A DNA stretch of 64,000 nt, taken from assembly GCF_006345805.1 (NCBI RefSeq), contig NC_042999.1, forward strand, positions 70,618,001 through 70,682,000, given 5' to 3'. The translations under genes and the position numbers were made by a program. How positions within the stretch are numbered: position 1 is the stretch's first letter; every line of letters begins with the position of its first letter. Source of the DNA: Octopus sinensis (taxonomy: Eukaryota). Of this stretch, positions 1-15,416 are shown in pieces. The notes under the pieces were generated by a model. It searched no databases and was not told the DNA's origin. It was given only the letters and a program-made list of their open reading frames with translations.

Positions 1-53
1 ACTCTGAAACATTTTTTCTAGAAATCGGACATTACTTTTGCACCAACCTGATA
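1..53. mobile_element. Right end of a mariner-type element
   Basis: ATTACTTTTGCACCAACCTGATA resembles the mariner TIR terminus (TTAGGTTGGTGCAAAAGTAAT type). Confidence 0.6.
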
Positions 54-57
54 TGTA

Positions 58-1213
58 CAGGGGCTGGACAAAATAATGGAAACACCTTAAAATTTCAAAC
101 AAATTTATTTTAATATGGAGTAGGACCCCCTTTGGCAGTAATTACCACTTGAATTGTACTCATACAAAGTCTGAGTTGTTTCCAAAGGCATTTTAGTTCA
201 TTCTTCAGCTAAAAAAGTCTCCAGTTCTTGTAGTGATGATGGTGGAAGATATCGACTCCTTATTTGTTTTTCTAAAATGCACCATAAATGTTCAATAATA
301 CTGAGATCTGGGGACCGTGGTGGCCAGATAAGATGTTCAACTTCACTAGAATGTTCCTTATGCCATTCAGTAACAATTTTAGCTGTGAATTGGTGCATTA
401 TCAGCCTGAAAGATTGTGTTTCCCTCCATAAACAGTTCGGCAACTATAGGATGAATGTGATCAGATAAAATACTTAACCCTTTCGTTATTGTATTTATTT
501 TGAGATGCTCTGTGTTTCTTTCAATTACTTTAAATATAACAAAGGATTTAGTAAAATAACTTTTAGTTATCATTCAGCTAGTGTTAGGAACATAAATTGT
601 GACTAAGGTTTGGTGGAAGATTTTAATTCAAAACTTATGAAAACAAGACATTTGTACTCAGAGCCAGAGCTGGATTCAGCCAGGTTGGTAATGAAAGGGT
701 TAAATAGTCTTGCCTATTAATTCTGCCATGAAGGGAAACCATTGGACTGGTGGATTTCCAAGATGTAGCGCCCCCCCCCCCACACACACACACAGATCAT
801 CACATATCCTCCTCCATGTTTAACAGTTGGAAGAAGGCAGTCTGGGTCAAATGCTTCTTTTGGCTGTCTCCACATGTATACTCAGCCGTAGGTCAAAAAT
901 AAGGTAATGGATGACAAGTCCGAGGAAATAACATTCTTCCACTGTTTTTGTTACATGAGTGGCTGCCATACGAACACCAACAATTTAACCACTTAGAAAA
1001 TCCAATAGATCTGTCATTTTAATGAATTTTAATTACCTTTTTCTGATGATATCTGGAAAAAAAACCCGCAATTTTAAGCAAAACCTATTAAGCAACGCTA
1101 ATTATAAATTTAAAAAAAAACATAAAAATAAATAAGCTTTTGACGGTTTTATAGATATTTCAAAATTATGATGGTGTAAGGCTAGGTGTTTCCATTATTT
1201 TGTCCAACCCCTG
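58..1213 (-). mobile_element. Defective Tc1-family DNA transposon
   Basis: 30-bp TIRs at 58-87 and 1184-1213 (1 mismatch), TA on the left; minus-strand transposase fragments FQADNAPIH and WPPRSPDLSIIEHLW. Confidence 0.92.
478..699. mobile_element. piggyBac-like MITE nested in the Tc1 transposase
   Basis: TTAA duplicated at 474-477 and 700-703; termini CCCTTTCGTTA / TAATGAAAGGG; removal restores QDYLSILSDHIHP. Confidence 0.88.
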
Positions 1214-1408
1214 AATATATATATATATATATATATACACTCACACACACACGTTTATATTGTATACAGATGTCGGATTGATTGAGTCATTAGAGCGTTG
1301 GATAGATTGCTTTGTAGTAATCATTCTGTAACTCACACTATGGTTGACTTTGCCTTTTGTCCCTTTCCAGTGGATAAATAATATACCAGTCTTGAAATGG
1401 GGTTGATT

Positions 1409-1464
<56 letters not shown>

Positions 1465-1671
1465 TATCTCTCTTTATTTCTTTCTTTCTTTCTGTCTGTC
1501 TAACTTTCTCCAGGAAGAAATTGGCTGTGGTCAGACCTAGAGAGGGATGGGATCCACCAGACCTAAAAGTACTCAAGACATGCTGCATATAACAATAGCA
1601 CTCTTATTGTTCAATCCAAGATTTGAGAAACCAAAGCAAGTCATATATATTTGTGAGTGTGTGTGTGTGAG

Positions 1672-1710
<39 letters not shown>

Positions 1711-1735
1711 GAGTGTGTGTGTGTGTGTGAGATTT

Positions 1736-1771
<36 letters not shown>

Positions 1772-1772
1772 C

Positions 1773-2152
1773 GCAGGAATGGCTGTGTGGTAAGTAGCTT
1801 GCTTACCAACCACATGGTTCTGGATTTATTCCCACTGCGTGGTACCTTGGGCAAGTGTGCAAGTGTCTTCTACTATAGCCTTGGGCCGACCAGAGCCTTG
1901 TGAGTGATTTTGGTAGACAGAAACTGAAAGAAGCCCGTCGTATATATATATATATGTGTGTGTCTTTGTTTGTCCCCCAACATCACTTGACAACCGATGG
2001 TAGTGTGTTTACTTCCCCATAACTTAGCGGTTCGGCAAAAGAGACCGATAAAATAAGTACTAGGCTTCCAAAGAATAAGTCCTGGGGTTGATTTGCTCGA
2101 CTAAAGGCGGTGCTTCAGCATGGATGCAGTCAAATGACTGAAACAAGTAAAA
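1773..2152 (+). mobile_element. tRNA-derived SINE with CORE-like segment (other copies ~12447-12820 +, ~47608-47780 +, ~57835-57990 -, ~58355-58685 -, ~59295-59465 -, ~60810-61020 -)
   Basis: A-box-like TGGCTGTGTGGT head, CCTTGGGCAAGT core-like motif, internal (TA)/(TG), LINE-like 3' end ...GACTGAAACAAGTAAAAG; repeated across the window. Confidence 0.85.
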
Positions 2153-2170
2153 GTATATATGAATTTGTAT

Positions 2171-2271
<101 letters not shown>

Positions 2272-5200
2272 ATTATATTCGGTTAAGTCAGTCTCTTACT
2301 ACTCTGTGTTTCACCTGTAAGTGCACAGGGTCCGCCAGCAAGTTCTGAAGACCATGTGCACCTACAAATGCAACTCAGAATAGCAAGAGATAACTTGATG
2401 AAAATTAAATATATTATTAATCTCTACTATAATTTTGTTAGACTTTTTTCTGACAGTCAGTACTAAATGTGTGTGTGTATGTATATATATACGTGCGCGC
2501 ACACATATTACAACTTCTAATGATAAGCAGCATAAATTATAGCCTTTGTTATGGGATTCATAATCTAAGATATGCAGACAGTTGTAAACAAATGGGTTTT
2601 TTTTTTAAACACTTCACAGACAGAAAAACAGGAATCAGCCCGACCAATTTTTATGCTAATTGCATTCTTCATTAAAGACCACGTACTCATTTCATCTGTC
2701 TATGGAAAAGTATATAGCTTTTATCTTTATATAGTTTTTATATAATATGACTTTGGTAAATTTCTGAATCCAGTTTGCATAATGATTTTTTTTAGTATCA
2801 TAGTCAATTGATTAATCATCTACTAAGCAGCAGCGTATATTGCCATAAAGCTTAAATGCATAGAAAGTTATGTCCAATGATAACCAATACAAATTTCAAT
2901 CATTGATGTGATGTGTGAGCTACTAAACATGAATAAATGTAAATAAGTGTATATACTTTTCTGTGGACAGAAAAAGTGGGGTTGGCCCAAATTAGCGTCA
3001 TCATGCATATGTATATATATTGTATCATAATACGTTCTTCTACACATTCAAGATCCTGCACATTGAAGTTATATCCTTTATGTCATCTGCATAGTTCACA
3101 AGTATTAATGACAAAATACACATCTTGAGCAGGCACATTTCTAACCTACCATATCAGAGAAACTTTTTATGAAATGTTACCAATCAGATGAGCCCAGCAA
3201 CTGATAAGTGAACAACAGTTGCCCTTACAAGCAAGTTTAACCTCTCCACACTACGAAAGAAAAGGCAAGATCCAACACATCTTGCTGCCACCATTGTCAT
3301 TGCAAGCACTGCCATCAGAACACAAGTCATTGCTCTAGCAATTCTGCCAATTCACTGCCCTGAACTGGTAGTATATTTATCAATTCTGACTAGATGAAAA
3401 GCAAAGTTGACCTTGATGAATTTTGAACACAAGACACAGAGCCAGAACCGATACCACCAGTTCTATTCTGTTTAATGGACTAACGACTCAGCCTATTCAC
3501 TGTCTTTGGTAATTTATAAAAAAAAGCAAAACACCAAAAACACCACTTTGTAATATCCTGGGTCCTTTGAAATTTTCTTCCATCTTTTTATACTGTATTG
3601 GTATTACTGGAGTATCATGGGGCTTATCACACTATGACAGTATTAAGTAGTTCAAGGCATTTTTTTTTCCTGATATAGAATGCCAGTCTTACACAAGCTT
3701 TTCATTTTATTTTTGTTTTGTTGAGTTTGTCTTTGCAAACTAATGGAACACTCCTCAGTTAAGCAGTGCTCTCACTGTTCACATCAGTAACAAGTATGCA
3801 CCTCTCTTTAGTAAACTGATTTACAGATGAACAAGGTAGACTTAGCATTGTTTTGCCAATGCCTGGATATAAAATTCTATAAGTTAAAATACTAAAATCT
3901 CAGCCAGTGAAGATTCTACTATATATCTACTGTGAAATTATAAAATATGTAAACCAGCTCAGCATTTGGTTTAGTTTCCCTTTATTTCTAAAATTGTTCA
4001 GTCCTTTCCCATTTCTAATCAGTTGTTGAGAAAGGACCTCTCACTCACAATGTCTTCTTTATATTCTGGCGAGGAAGTCTGAGGTAGATCTATGTCGTTC
4101 CTTTTCTTGCAATATTAAAAGGTCTATAGGTCAGTGAGAAAACCAGTTGAATTGGTTATATTAGTGATAATGATGATTTTGATGAGTTCAGACATTGACA
4201 CAGACAACTAATCTATAGAGGAAGAGATACAATCAACAGAATTGATTAGTAATACTTATTTTATTAATCCTCAGAGAAATAAAAAGACAGTCAGACTCAA
4301 GATTTGCGTTCAGAATTTAAAGAAATACAACTAAGTACCACAGGCCATTTTTTGTTTGCCATTCCACTGCCTTTAATTCTAATAATAATGGTAATAATGA
4401 TTATAATGGTTATTACAAATCAGCTACAAGAAAGACTGCAGGAAGTAAAGTTACCACACAGATTTCATTTCCACTGTATGTATACCTGTGTTTAGGGAGA
4501 ATGAGTGTATGTGTGTAATCTCTGTTTTTCTCCAAATGATTTCCAACAGAAACCATCCAATTTCTTTACTGCTGATCAATTACAATCATAGTAACTTTAT
4601 GAAGCAATATACTCAAAATGCATATATATATATATATATATATATACATACATACACACACATACTGAATGACAGATACACATGCACTGTTAATGTATCC
4701 ATGTTTTTGTGAATGTTATTATGATGTCCACTCATGAACATACCAATGGAATGAAGAAAGAAAGCAGTATTCTTAATTACACCTTAACTTTAACAAGACA
4801 TTTTAAACAAAATTCTACTAAGTTTTTGTTCATTTTAAGTTCCAATGTATTCTAATTTTAAAAAATAATAAACAAAGGCATTTTTTTCTTAGTTTTTTTT
4901 TAAATTTTGAATTTACTGATATTGTTTTACTAAAATTTGCTTTAATACGATTCCCTTAACAAGTTTCCCTTTAATAAAATTCCCTTAAAAAATAACAAGA
5001 AGAATACCATTTTCATGACATTTACAAAAAAAAAAAAAATCAGCCATTGACAATTTCATTAAATCATGCCTTGAAATTAAAAAAAAGTATATAATTTAAT
5101 ATAAATCAATAAATCCTGTCCAAAATAATATATAACATTTTAAGCATGTTGATTTTATATATTTTTTATTTCAATAAAAAATAATAATTCATTGTAACCA

Positions 5201-5299
5201 AGCAATTTAGAAATAAGACCAAATAAAAAAAAATTTAAACATTCACTTGATGCCAGAGTTTATAATTTTTCTTTTGATGCCTATCTTCTATTTTTGAAG

Positions 5300-5537
5300 G
5301 GATTTGCTAAGGAATCTTTGAATGCTTTTAACAAAATTCTTGAAAAGTCCATTAAGAGTCCTCGGGCTACATACGGTCGCTCTGGTGCTTTGCTTAAGTT
5401 AGCTGAATTACAGTCCAGCAACACTCTTCTTCAGCAAGGCATTCAGGTTTTGGAAGTACTTCTAAGTAATCCTGACACTCCTGATGCTTTGTTATTGAAA
5501 AGTGGTTTGATATTGGCTGACAAGCAACGTTTCAGAG
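5300..5537 (+). CDS. ASPH: ASPH exon (TPR region: [10 protein letters not shown]...DKQRFRG)
   Basis: Acceptor tttttgaag at 5299, donor G|gtaaga at 5538; resembles ASPH AVNAFKELV..SPRARYG..SNEVL segment. Confidence 0.92.
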
Positions 5538-7552
5538 GTAAGAATTCATTTACAGGCATGATACTTTTCTAAAAAAAAACTTAAGATTTCAAGAACTGAT
5601 GTATTGCACTTTTTAAACATATATGTAAATATATTTGCACATATCTATATATACATACATACGAACATACATGTATATATATGTGTGTGTGTATATATAT
5701 ATGTGTATGTATTAGGTATATATGTATTTTCATTCATTTTACATTATCCTTTTTTCCCATGCCAGCATGGGGTAGATGAATATATATATATATATATATA
5801 TTACTTTGTTGTACTGCTGGATAGCCATCCTTTACCTATTTTTCAAATGAGAAAGTTTTAATTCCACTTATGTTCAAACGTCAGTGTTAGCAGACAATTT
5901 GCTGATAAGGAATGTCAACTAACATCACCATTAGTAGCTCAGTGCTTTTTCATGCATTGTGCGCACACACATATGCACACACTCACGATCATTGGTTGGT
6001 TGAAGGCTACAGTAGAAAATACTTACCTAAGATGGATCTGAAACTGAAACCACAAATCTCTCGAAATCAGCATATGTGCACATACACATAAATATATCAC
6101 CTATATTGATCAGACTATTGGATGTTGTTGTTATACATTGCTAGTTGCACTGCATATGCAAGTGTCTCTTGATTGTGCCCTTCTTTTCCATCTTGTTCCA
6201 AATCTTTTAACTAAATCATCTTCCCATTATTGTGGAGGCCTTCCAACTGGCCTTTTCCAATCCTTTGAATTCCACTCGGTAACTGCATGGCTCCACTTGT
6301 TGTCTTTGAACTTTACAGCATGTCCATCTTCATGGAAATTTTCTTTTGCTATCCTGAAATCACATCATTCACTCTGCTCTATTCTCAAATTACCATATTT
6401 CAGATATACTCTTGCAATGCTATTCCTAATATAAATCTTTCCATGGTCTTTTGCATTGTACCCAATCAATGTTTTTTTCTCTTCATAGTAGCTTAGAAGA
6501 GTACAGGTAGGACAGTGCCACTGACGAGACTGGCATGTAGACTCTTGTTCAGCTTTGTTTTGAGCACGTCTTTTACCAAGGTAAATGCTTTCCATCCAGT
6601 CTTTGTTGCCCACAAGATTTCAGAGTCCATGTTTCAGTGTATATTCACTGTGTACTCCAAGTAGACTTACTCCTTTACTTCCTTGATTTCATTACTTCCC
6701 ACCTTCATTTGGCCTTGTGCTACATCTCCAGACCACATGTATTTTTTCGTGTGGTTCATTTTAAGGCCTATTGTGGAGCTATGGACATCCAGCTCTGTTA
6801 GTCTTGCCTGCAGCTGATCTGTGCTTTTAGCAATGAGTAAGATATCATCTGTGAATCAAAGGTGTGTTAGTACTTCACTGTTGATGTTCACACCACCTGT
6901 CCATCAATGTCTGATAACCATTTCTAGACATACAATGAAGAGCTTTGGAGAAATGGTATCTCTTTGCTTGATGTCTTTCTCAATTGGAACTCTTCCACGT
7001 GGTGGTAGCCAAGATATATTAATGATGCATTCAGAGATACTGCATTCATCCCAGTGCTATCAAAGGTCTTTTCGTAGTTGACGAAAGTGATGTACATTGG
7101 TAGCTTGTATTCTTTTACTTGTTCTACGAGCTGTTCGAGTAAATATGTCATGCATCATGGTTTAGTTCCTATGGAAAACTATTTGCTCCTTCAGCTGCTG
7201 ATTATCAAGATGTTATCAGGATGATTATCAGTAGAAGCATGTGGAGTGATAGTTTCTTCAATCTTCCTTACCTTCTTATAAAGCAAGATTGTGTGTATAA
7301 ATATAAATACACACACATGCATGCACACATAGCAACATTATTTTAGTTTCCCATTCTTCTGTGCTTGCATGGGTCAGATGGAATTTGTTGATCCGGATTT
7401 TCTACACCCAGATGCCTTTCTTGTCACCAACCCTCACCTGTTTCCAAGCAAAGTATTATTTCCCCATGGCCAGACATGTTTTTCACAGAACATTGAAAAT
7501 GAACAACTTCACTTGTATGATGATGATTTATGATGTCTAGACAAGAATACAT

Positions 7553-7596
<44 letters not shown>

Positions 7597-8561
7597 GTGT
7601 GTATGTATGTATATAAAACAATGAGCACAAAAAGAAGTCAACTTAGGAGGGTTGAGATGTAACAAATGTATTTAATGCTTAAAAAAAAAGAGAAAGAGTA
7701 TGTGCACACATACACCTCTGTGTGTGTATGTGTATATATATATGGCTGTTTGTTGATAACTTTTTCCGCTTTGTAAGAGTAATATTGCCCAATTGTTCTG
7801 CTGTTTTAATGGTGATATTGCATTTGGAAATACCACTTTCTTGTCTGTATCGGACGATACACATTCAGTGCTTCTAAAAAACAAATGTAAGTTTGTTTAT
7901 ATACACACGTAGTTGTTACACACACACACACATAATTTTTATTCTTACTTGTACTATTTGAAAAGGTGGATGAGTTACAGAAATAGATTACCAGGTTATA
8001 TTGTAAAATATTTAACTTCATCATATATATAGTACAATCTGAATTGATATCTCACCAAGGCTAGTTCTGAGGTTGATAAAATAACAGCCAGTGATATGTG
8101 TCAATTCTATCAACTGTATTCCTCCATTAAAAATCTAAATTACTACTTCAGGTGAATATTTACCATACACATACATCACATACATGTAATTATCATATAT
8201 ATGTATGTATGTGTGCATGTATTTATGTATGTGGTTTGAGAGATGGAATTGATTATCTTAATGAAATCTCTGCATTAATTTTTCTTTCTCTAATTGGGTA
8301 TTACCCTGCAAATATTCAATGTTAATTAAATTAAAGTTTTGCAATAATATAAGGATATTATAGTTCTCTTACATAGTTAATGTATCTAGATTCCCAAATC
8401 GATAAAAGATAATTAGAAATGTAATCAATATTATAGAATTTTCCAGAAATCAAAGATGACCAAATATGCTATAGGTCCTACTATATACATTTATACATAT
8501 ATATATATATATGTGTATGTGCATATTTATATGTATATATACTTTTATGAGTACACACACA

Positions 8562-8606
<45 letters not shown>

Positions 8607-11600
8607 ATACATACACACATACATACTATATATATATATATTATATATCATCATCGTCATTTAATGTCTATTTTCCTTGCTGGCTTGAGTTATATAGTCA
8701 TTTCCCCTCCATACACACACAAGCATGTATCTGACTCATACACTGTTCACTTTCCAGACATTTGTGCATTACTGCATATGCTTTATACACTTGACAAGTT
8801 GTGGAGCACCTGAGCATTGTATACAATAATTTCATTATTATATTATTATATGGTTATTTGCCATTGAAGGTGAAAATAGAGGTAGTTAAATTTCACTGTA
8901 TACAAGTTAGTTAATGTTCCATTGAAGTAGTTTCATTGTTGATTAGTTTTAATGTGCCTCATGCACAAATCATTTGACACCATTTTAAAATTCCAGTTTC
9001 ATGCATCATGCAGAGTGTTTGTGACATATAAACTTAGCACTTCTTGACTTTATTCAAATAACAATACACATGAAAGAGTGAAGGCACACAGCTCTGTGGT
9101 TAGAGCATTGGGCTCACAATCATGAGGTTGTGAGTTCAATTCCTGAGCCAGGCTGTGTGTTGTGTTTTCGAGTAAGACACTTTATTTCATGTTGCTCCAG
9201 TTTACTCAGCTGTAGAAATGAGTTGTGATGTCACTGGTACCAAGCTATACTAGCTTTTGTCTTTCCTTTTGATAACACCGGTGGCCTGGAGAGGGGAATT
9301 AGGTATGCATGAGTGACTGCTGTTCTTCCACAAACAACTTTGCACAGACTTGTACCTTGGAGGGAAATTTTCTAAGTGCAATCCCATGGTCATTTATGAC
9401 TGAAGGCAGTTTTTACCCTTTTTACTCATGGAAGGATAGGGACCCAATGCTACCAGCAGATTTAGAAATGAAAGAGCCTAATGTGTAAAGGAAATACTAA
9501 TATCCTGTGTCTGGTCTCATGGAGAAAGCACATAGATAGTTGACTAAACAACTGAGTACAACCAAATGATTGTATGGAATAATTAGTTAAACAACTTGGG
9601 ATTGCTGCAACCATTTTGTTGTGTTTTGAGGCAAAAGCAGTTTATTCTGCATTATGCAACAGTCTTGAATATGAAGTGCATTTTCATGGATTGATGGGGG
9701 TGGGTGAGGGTAACTCTGTAGAAAATTAAATAAGTTGAAAGTGCTAAGTAGACAGAGCACCTTGACTACCAAGCTCTGAGAAGCAGAAGCCACTATAACA
9801 ATAGAAAATGCTGAGAGAGAGAGGAGATAGCATATTAATTGCAGTAGACTACTAAACTATCCAAGGAAAGAGATTCATCTGTCATCTATGAAATTGGAAA
9901 TAAGCATCTGTTAGCTCTCAAGAACATTTTAAAGCTTAATTCCATGGTATTGCTTTGGAGAGCTGATATCTTAGTGAATTGAAACATTTGAGAAGCTTTA
10001 AGTATTTTGACTATAGAGGCAGATTGTATATCAGTGACTAGATATTTATCTGGCCATCTATAGACCTTATCCAACAACTCAAAAAATTAAAATAATTTTT
10101 TTAAACATTTCAAATTGTAAAACAGTTACACAATACACGCACACATATATATGTTATATATTTGTATGGGTGTGTGTGTGTGTGTATATATATATATTTA
10201 TTTATTTGTATGGGTAGACAGATTAAATGACTAGTAACTATGAATCCAAGCTTCTGATGAAACACGTTGTCTGCACATACATCATACTGCAGACATTGTC
10301 TTTCTTGTGGAAGAAAGTTCTGAGTCTTCATGTTGTAATTAAAAATGTGCTTTATTTCATTTCTGGTTGAAACCTAAAGTATTAAGTTGATTAAATATTA
10401 CTATTATGCAAAACATTGTAAGGCTGCCAAAAGTTCTACTCAACAATTAAGCATTTAGTTTTGTCATTTCTCTCCTTTCATAAGTATGAACAATATGACT
10501 TAAATTGAACACATCCTACTCCGTGTTACTTACTGACAATTCTTTAGACTATGCTGGAAAGTGTTAAGTGTCTTAGCCAGAGATACAATACAGCACTGTT
10601 GATAAGCACAATCATGCAAATGATGTCAGTTATTTCCAGCCTTCCATGGAAAATATATCTCTGGCTTTAGGAAATATTACACCTTGCATGGTAACAGGTG
10701 AAGGTTGGCAACAAGAAGGGCAGCCAACGATAGAAACTTTGCCTTAACAAATTCCATCTGACCTATGAAAGAATGGAAAAGTGGATACTAAATGATGATA
10801 ACAATCATTTGGGTGTTAATTTTTATATTCCCCCATTGACCTCAGTGTCAAATCTTGATACCAGACCCTTTGTTATTGTTAAGCTGTATTGAACTAAAAT
10901 CCTATCCAGGAGGAGATTTACCTCATTTTCTGAATGTCATAAACCCAGAGTTGAGCACCATCTTAGTTATCCTTTACATGCATTGTAATATCTCTTAATT
11001 CATATTTTTAAGGGGTTTGATGAACATAAGATAAAGTCATTGAAGTACTTTAGTTCTCTACATTCTGAGTTCAAATGCAGTTAGCATTCATTGGTCTTTC
11101 ATTATTCTATGTGAAGAAAGAGTAAGAAGTAATAAATCCTTTGACTATAGCTATTCTCTACAAGATGTGGCTTGGTGACAATTTAAAGCATGAATTATTT
11201 AATTACCCATTGTGTAGCAATTTCAAAATGCACTTTTTAGTGTATGAATTAGATTCAGATATATCATTTGTAGAACATCCAACCATTGAAAATCTGCCTC
11301 AACAAATTCTCTGACCCATGCAAGCATAGAAAAGTGGCTCTTAAAATGGTGATACATTGAATGTAACAACATGAGCAATTAGAAATAAAATGAATTAGGT
11401 AGTGGAAATACATTTTTATTAAATGTGCATGTGTGTGCATGTTGATATATATATATATATATATATACACATGTGTTTGTGCATATATATATACACACAT
11501 ACTACATACACTCACACACACTTATTGGTACAGGAATAACTATCTAATTAAGAAGTTCACTTTGCAAATGCATGGTTCCAGGTTCAATATTACAGAGTAG

Positions 11601-14600
11601 TATGACCATGAGCAAATTTTTCTCTTTTTTTTTTGTTGATACTACAGTCTCAAATTGACCAATGCCTTATAAATGAAATTTGATAAAAGGAGATTGCAGA
11701 TGCCCATTGTGTGTGTGTGCACATATATATATAAATTATTCGTGAATTTATTTTAATTAAGCAAATGTTTCTGAAAGCTCTTAACTGTACATTAAAGTAT
11801 TATTGTTGGAACAAATCTGCTATCAAGAAATGTCTTGGGCACAAAGTGTTTGTTTTTATTTCATATCTGTTAGCTATTGTTTCATGTTGATGTAGGCTGG
11901 ACCAATCGAGCTCTCAAATCCTTGACCTTCCTGAATTTACGTTTCCCAAATAATGTTGATGTGGTAAACGATCTTGGAATCACCAACTTGATATTAGGTC
12001 GCAATGATGATGCTAAAAAATTATTTAAACAGGTTAGTAACAGCTTTTTATTTTCGCATCCTTTCCATTTTTTAAAAAATTTTGCATATTATTTTTACTC
12101 AACCTGCATGAAAAGAAGCGAAGAATACATTGAAGAAATTACAATTGCTCATTCAGTTGACAGGGAAATTTGCCAGTTTCTGTATGTGGAGAAAGAGAAA
12201 GTAACAATCAACTGGATAAATACATACAAGATTCATATAGTAATAAAAATAAAACAAGTGGGTATTTTAGGGTATTACTACACATGTTTGTATAGCATGT
12301 TTATTCAGAACACAAGTTAATTATATAACTTGAGTGGTAATGTTATGCAACATCAATATTACACATTGTGTTTTCATAAAACACAACTTCCTGAGGCAAT
12401 ATACCTCAGAATATTTTTTTGGTGATATGCCGCCAAATATATAGCTGTGAAGTGGCTGTGTGGTAAAACACTTGCTTCCCAACCACAATTCCTGGCTCAG
12501 TCCCACTGTGTGGCACCTCAGGCAAGTGTCTTCTACTATAACCTTGGGCCAACAAAAACCTTGTGAGTGGATTTGACTGAAGAAAACTGAAAGAAGTCCA
12601 TCATATATATGTGCGCATGTGTTTGTCCAGCCCTACTGCTTGACAACTAGTGTTGGTGTGTTTACTTCCTAGTAACTTAGTGGTTCTGCAAAAGAGACCA
12701 ATAGCATAAGAACCAGGCTTAAAAAGTAAGTACTGGGATTGATTCATTCAGCTAAAATTCTTCAAGCCCATGCATGGCCAGCGTGGCCACAGTCTATTGA
12801 CTGAAACAAGATATAAAAGATATATAAATCGTATATTATTCCAGGGAATGATGAGTTCAAAGAAACAGTGTTCAGCTGGACTAAAGGGCTTAAGGACAAA
12901 TCTGAGACTGAATGAACATTTAATCCATGGTCATTAGTCCCTTAAAATATGTTTTTTTTTTGCCTGTGGTTCTTTGGAACTCTAAGAAGGGCTATAGACA
13001 AAACAAAATATATTTCAATAGACCTATGATTAGGGATTAAATGTGAATATTATGTATTATATATATCCAGCTGATTGTTACTCTCTTTGGTTAAGCAAGC
13101 ACTATAAACTGGAAAAGCTACTTACAACTTCCTGTAATATTAAGTGGATGAGACCATATAATTGACTGGTCAATGGGTAGCAAATAAACAGAAATGTAAA
13201 ATTAACTAGCATCACAATACATGCAGATTTAAGCCATGACTTAACTGAAGAGCTATAGGAGAGGTAAATGAGGGATGAACCGACTGGGTACCAGGGAAAC
13301 TCCAGAATAAGTTGGCTTGATCAGTCAAAACAGAATATATTTTATCATCGTACTGAATACTTATTTCTCTCATTTGTTAGCAGAACAAACATATATCAAC
13401 ACACATACTTACATAATGTGTGTGTGGTGTGGGTGGGGGTATATCTCTACATGTTACCAATTGCTGCAGTCCCTTGTTACTTCAGTGATATTCAGAATCT
13501 TGAGATCAGTTTACATCTCTTTGTTCCATATTTTTCTTGTTTTTTTTTTTCTTTTCTGCAGGCACTATCCGCCTTCCATTAAAAATGCTTGGGTCATAAT
13601 TTTATGCAGCTGGCTTTACCCCAACACATCAAATGCTCATACTAATGCAGTTTTCTCTCTTGTTAACTACATTTGATTCCTCCTGAACATAGCTTTTTTC
13701 TCAAGTTATTTGTACTGCATTTTTCATGCACACTGACTTTACATATTTAGTGAAGCATGCTCACCTCATTTCTTTCTAGCCTTAGCAATTCATCAGAATT
13801 CAGGATCCAGGCCTTGCTTGTTATTTTCCTCAGCTCACTTGTAAATTACATTATGAACTTGCTGCATGTTTGCAGCGTCCCCAGAATTCTTTATTGTTGA
13901 AAATACTTTTATATCATCGGCATGACTTGTGAGAATGACTGTTTGTATAAGGGCTTGTCTAACACAACCACAACATACAGCAATGGCCCTCATCCCCAAG
14001 ACAAGTCTCTATGGAACTCCATTCAAAACTAGTGTGTTCCTTTGAGAGAGATCACTGATGGTTGTGACCCTCTGACTTTTATCCCTTAAAAAAGTCATGC
14101 AGCCACTCTTCAGATCTCCAGATTATGCTGAGATCAAGCATAATCTCTCCCAAAACATCATGATTTATAACATCCATGGTTAAATGGTTGAGTGACTGTT
14201 TCAGCACCTCATCATAGTACTGCAGGCGTTGCATAAGGCAGCATCTTGGCAAAAGCCATGATGAGGTTAAGTCAGCAAATTATTTTCTTGGGAGAACATG
14301 ATTAATTTTCTTCTGACAATTCATTCTATATACTGCTGATATGTGAAGACTGAAACACAGGCCTGAAATTTTTAGCATGTGCTCTACCTCCATATATATA
14401 ATTATCTCCCCTTCATTCTAATTTTTCTTTCAATTCCTGTGAGACTGATCTCCCTTGAGCCATATCACTATAAATCTCACGTGAGATCCATGCTAACCAA
14501 TCAGAAAAGTAAGTTGTATCTGCCATCTTGCTATTGCATCATTTCTACTCAAAATGGCTGCATGATGAAAAGCTTCAACTCATATAAAAATTTCTAGTTT

Positions 14601-15029
14601 CAACCAATCTGTTTCCACTTAACTAGTATTTAAGCTGCATTACCGCTTTACATATCAACACATGTGAATTCTTCTTCTTGTTACTATTAATGTATGTGTA
14701 TGTATATGAGTATATATATATATATTTCTTTACTACCCACAAGGGGCTAAACGCAGAGGCGACAAACAAGGACAGACAAACTGATTAAGTCGATTACATC
14801 AACCCCAGTGCGTAACTGGTACTTATTTAATCGACACTGAAAGGATGAAAGGCAAAGTCGACATCGGTGGAATTTGAACTCAGAACGTAATGGCAGACGA
14901 AATATGGCTACGCATTTCACCCGGCATGCTAACGTTTCTGTCAGCTCGCCACCATATGAGTATATATATATATATATGTGTTTGTGAGTGTGTATATATA
15001 TATATGTGTATATATGTATGTATATATAT

Positions 15030-15061
<32 letters not shown>

Positions 15062-15075
15062 TGTATGTATATATG

Positions 15076-15108
<33 letters not shown>

Positions 15109-15137
15109 GTATATATGTATATATATATATATATGTA

Positions 15138-15170
<33 letters not shown>

Positions 15171-15252
15171 ATTATATATATATATATATGTATGTATATA
15201 TAGTATGTATGTATATATATTATATATATATGTATTATATAATATATGTATG

Positions 15253-15295
<43 letters not shown>

Positions 15296-15382
15296 ATATA
15301 TATATGTATGTATATTATATATTATGTATATATATAATGTATGTTATATATATTGTATGTATATATATATATATGTATGTAT

Positions 15383-15416
<34 letters not shown>

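Noticed and set aside
9084-9160. tRNA gene (also ~52460)
   Set aside because: The cloverleaf is incomplete and runs into a SINE body; treated as a SINE head
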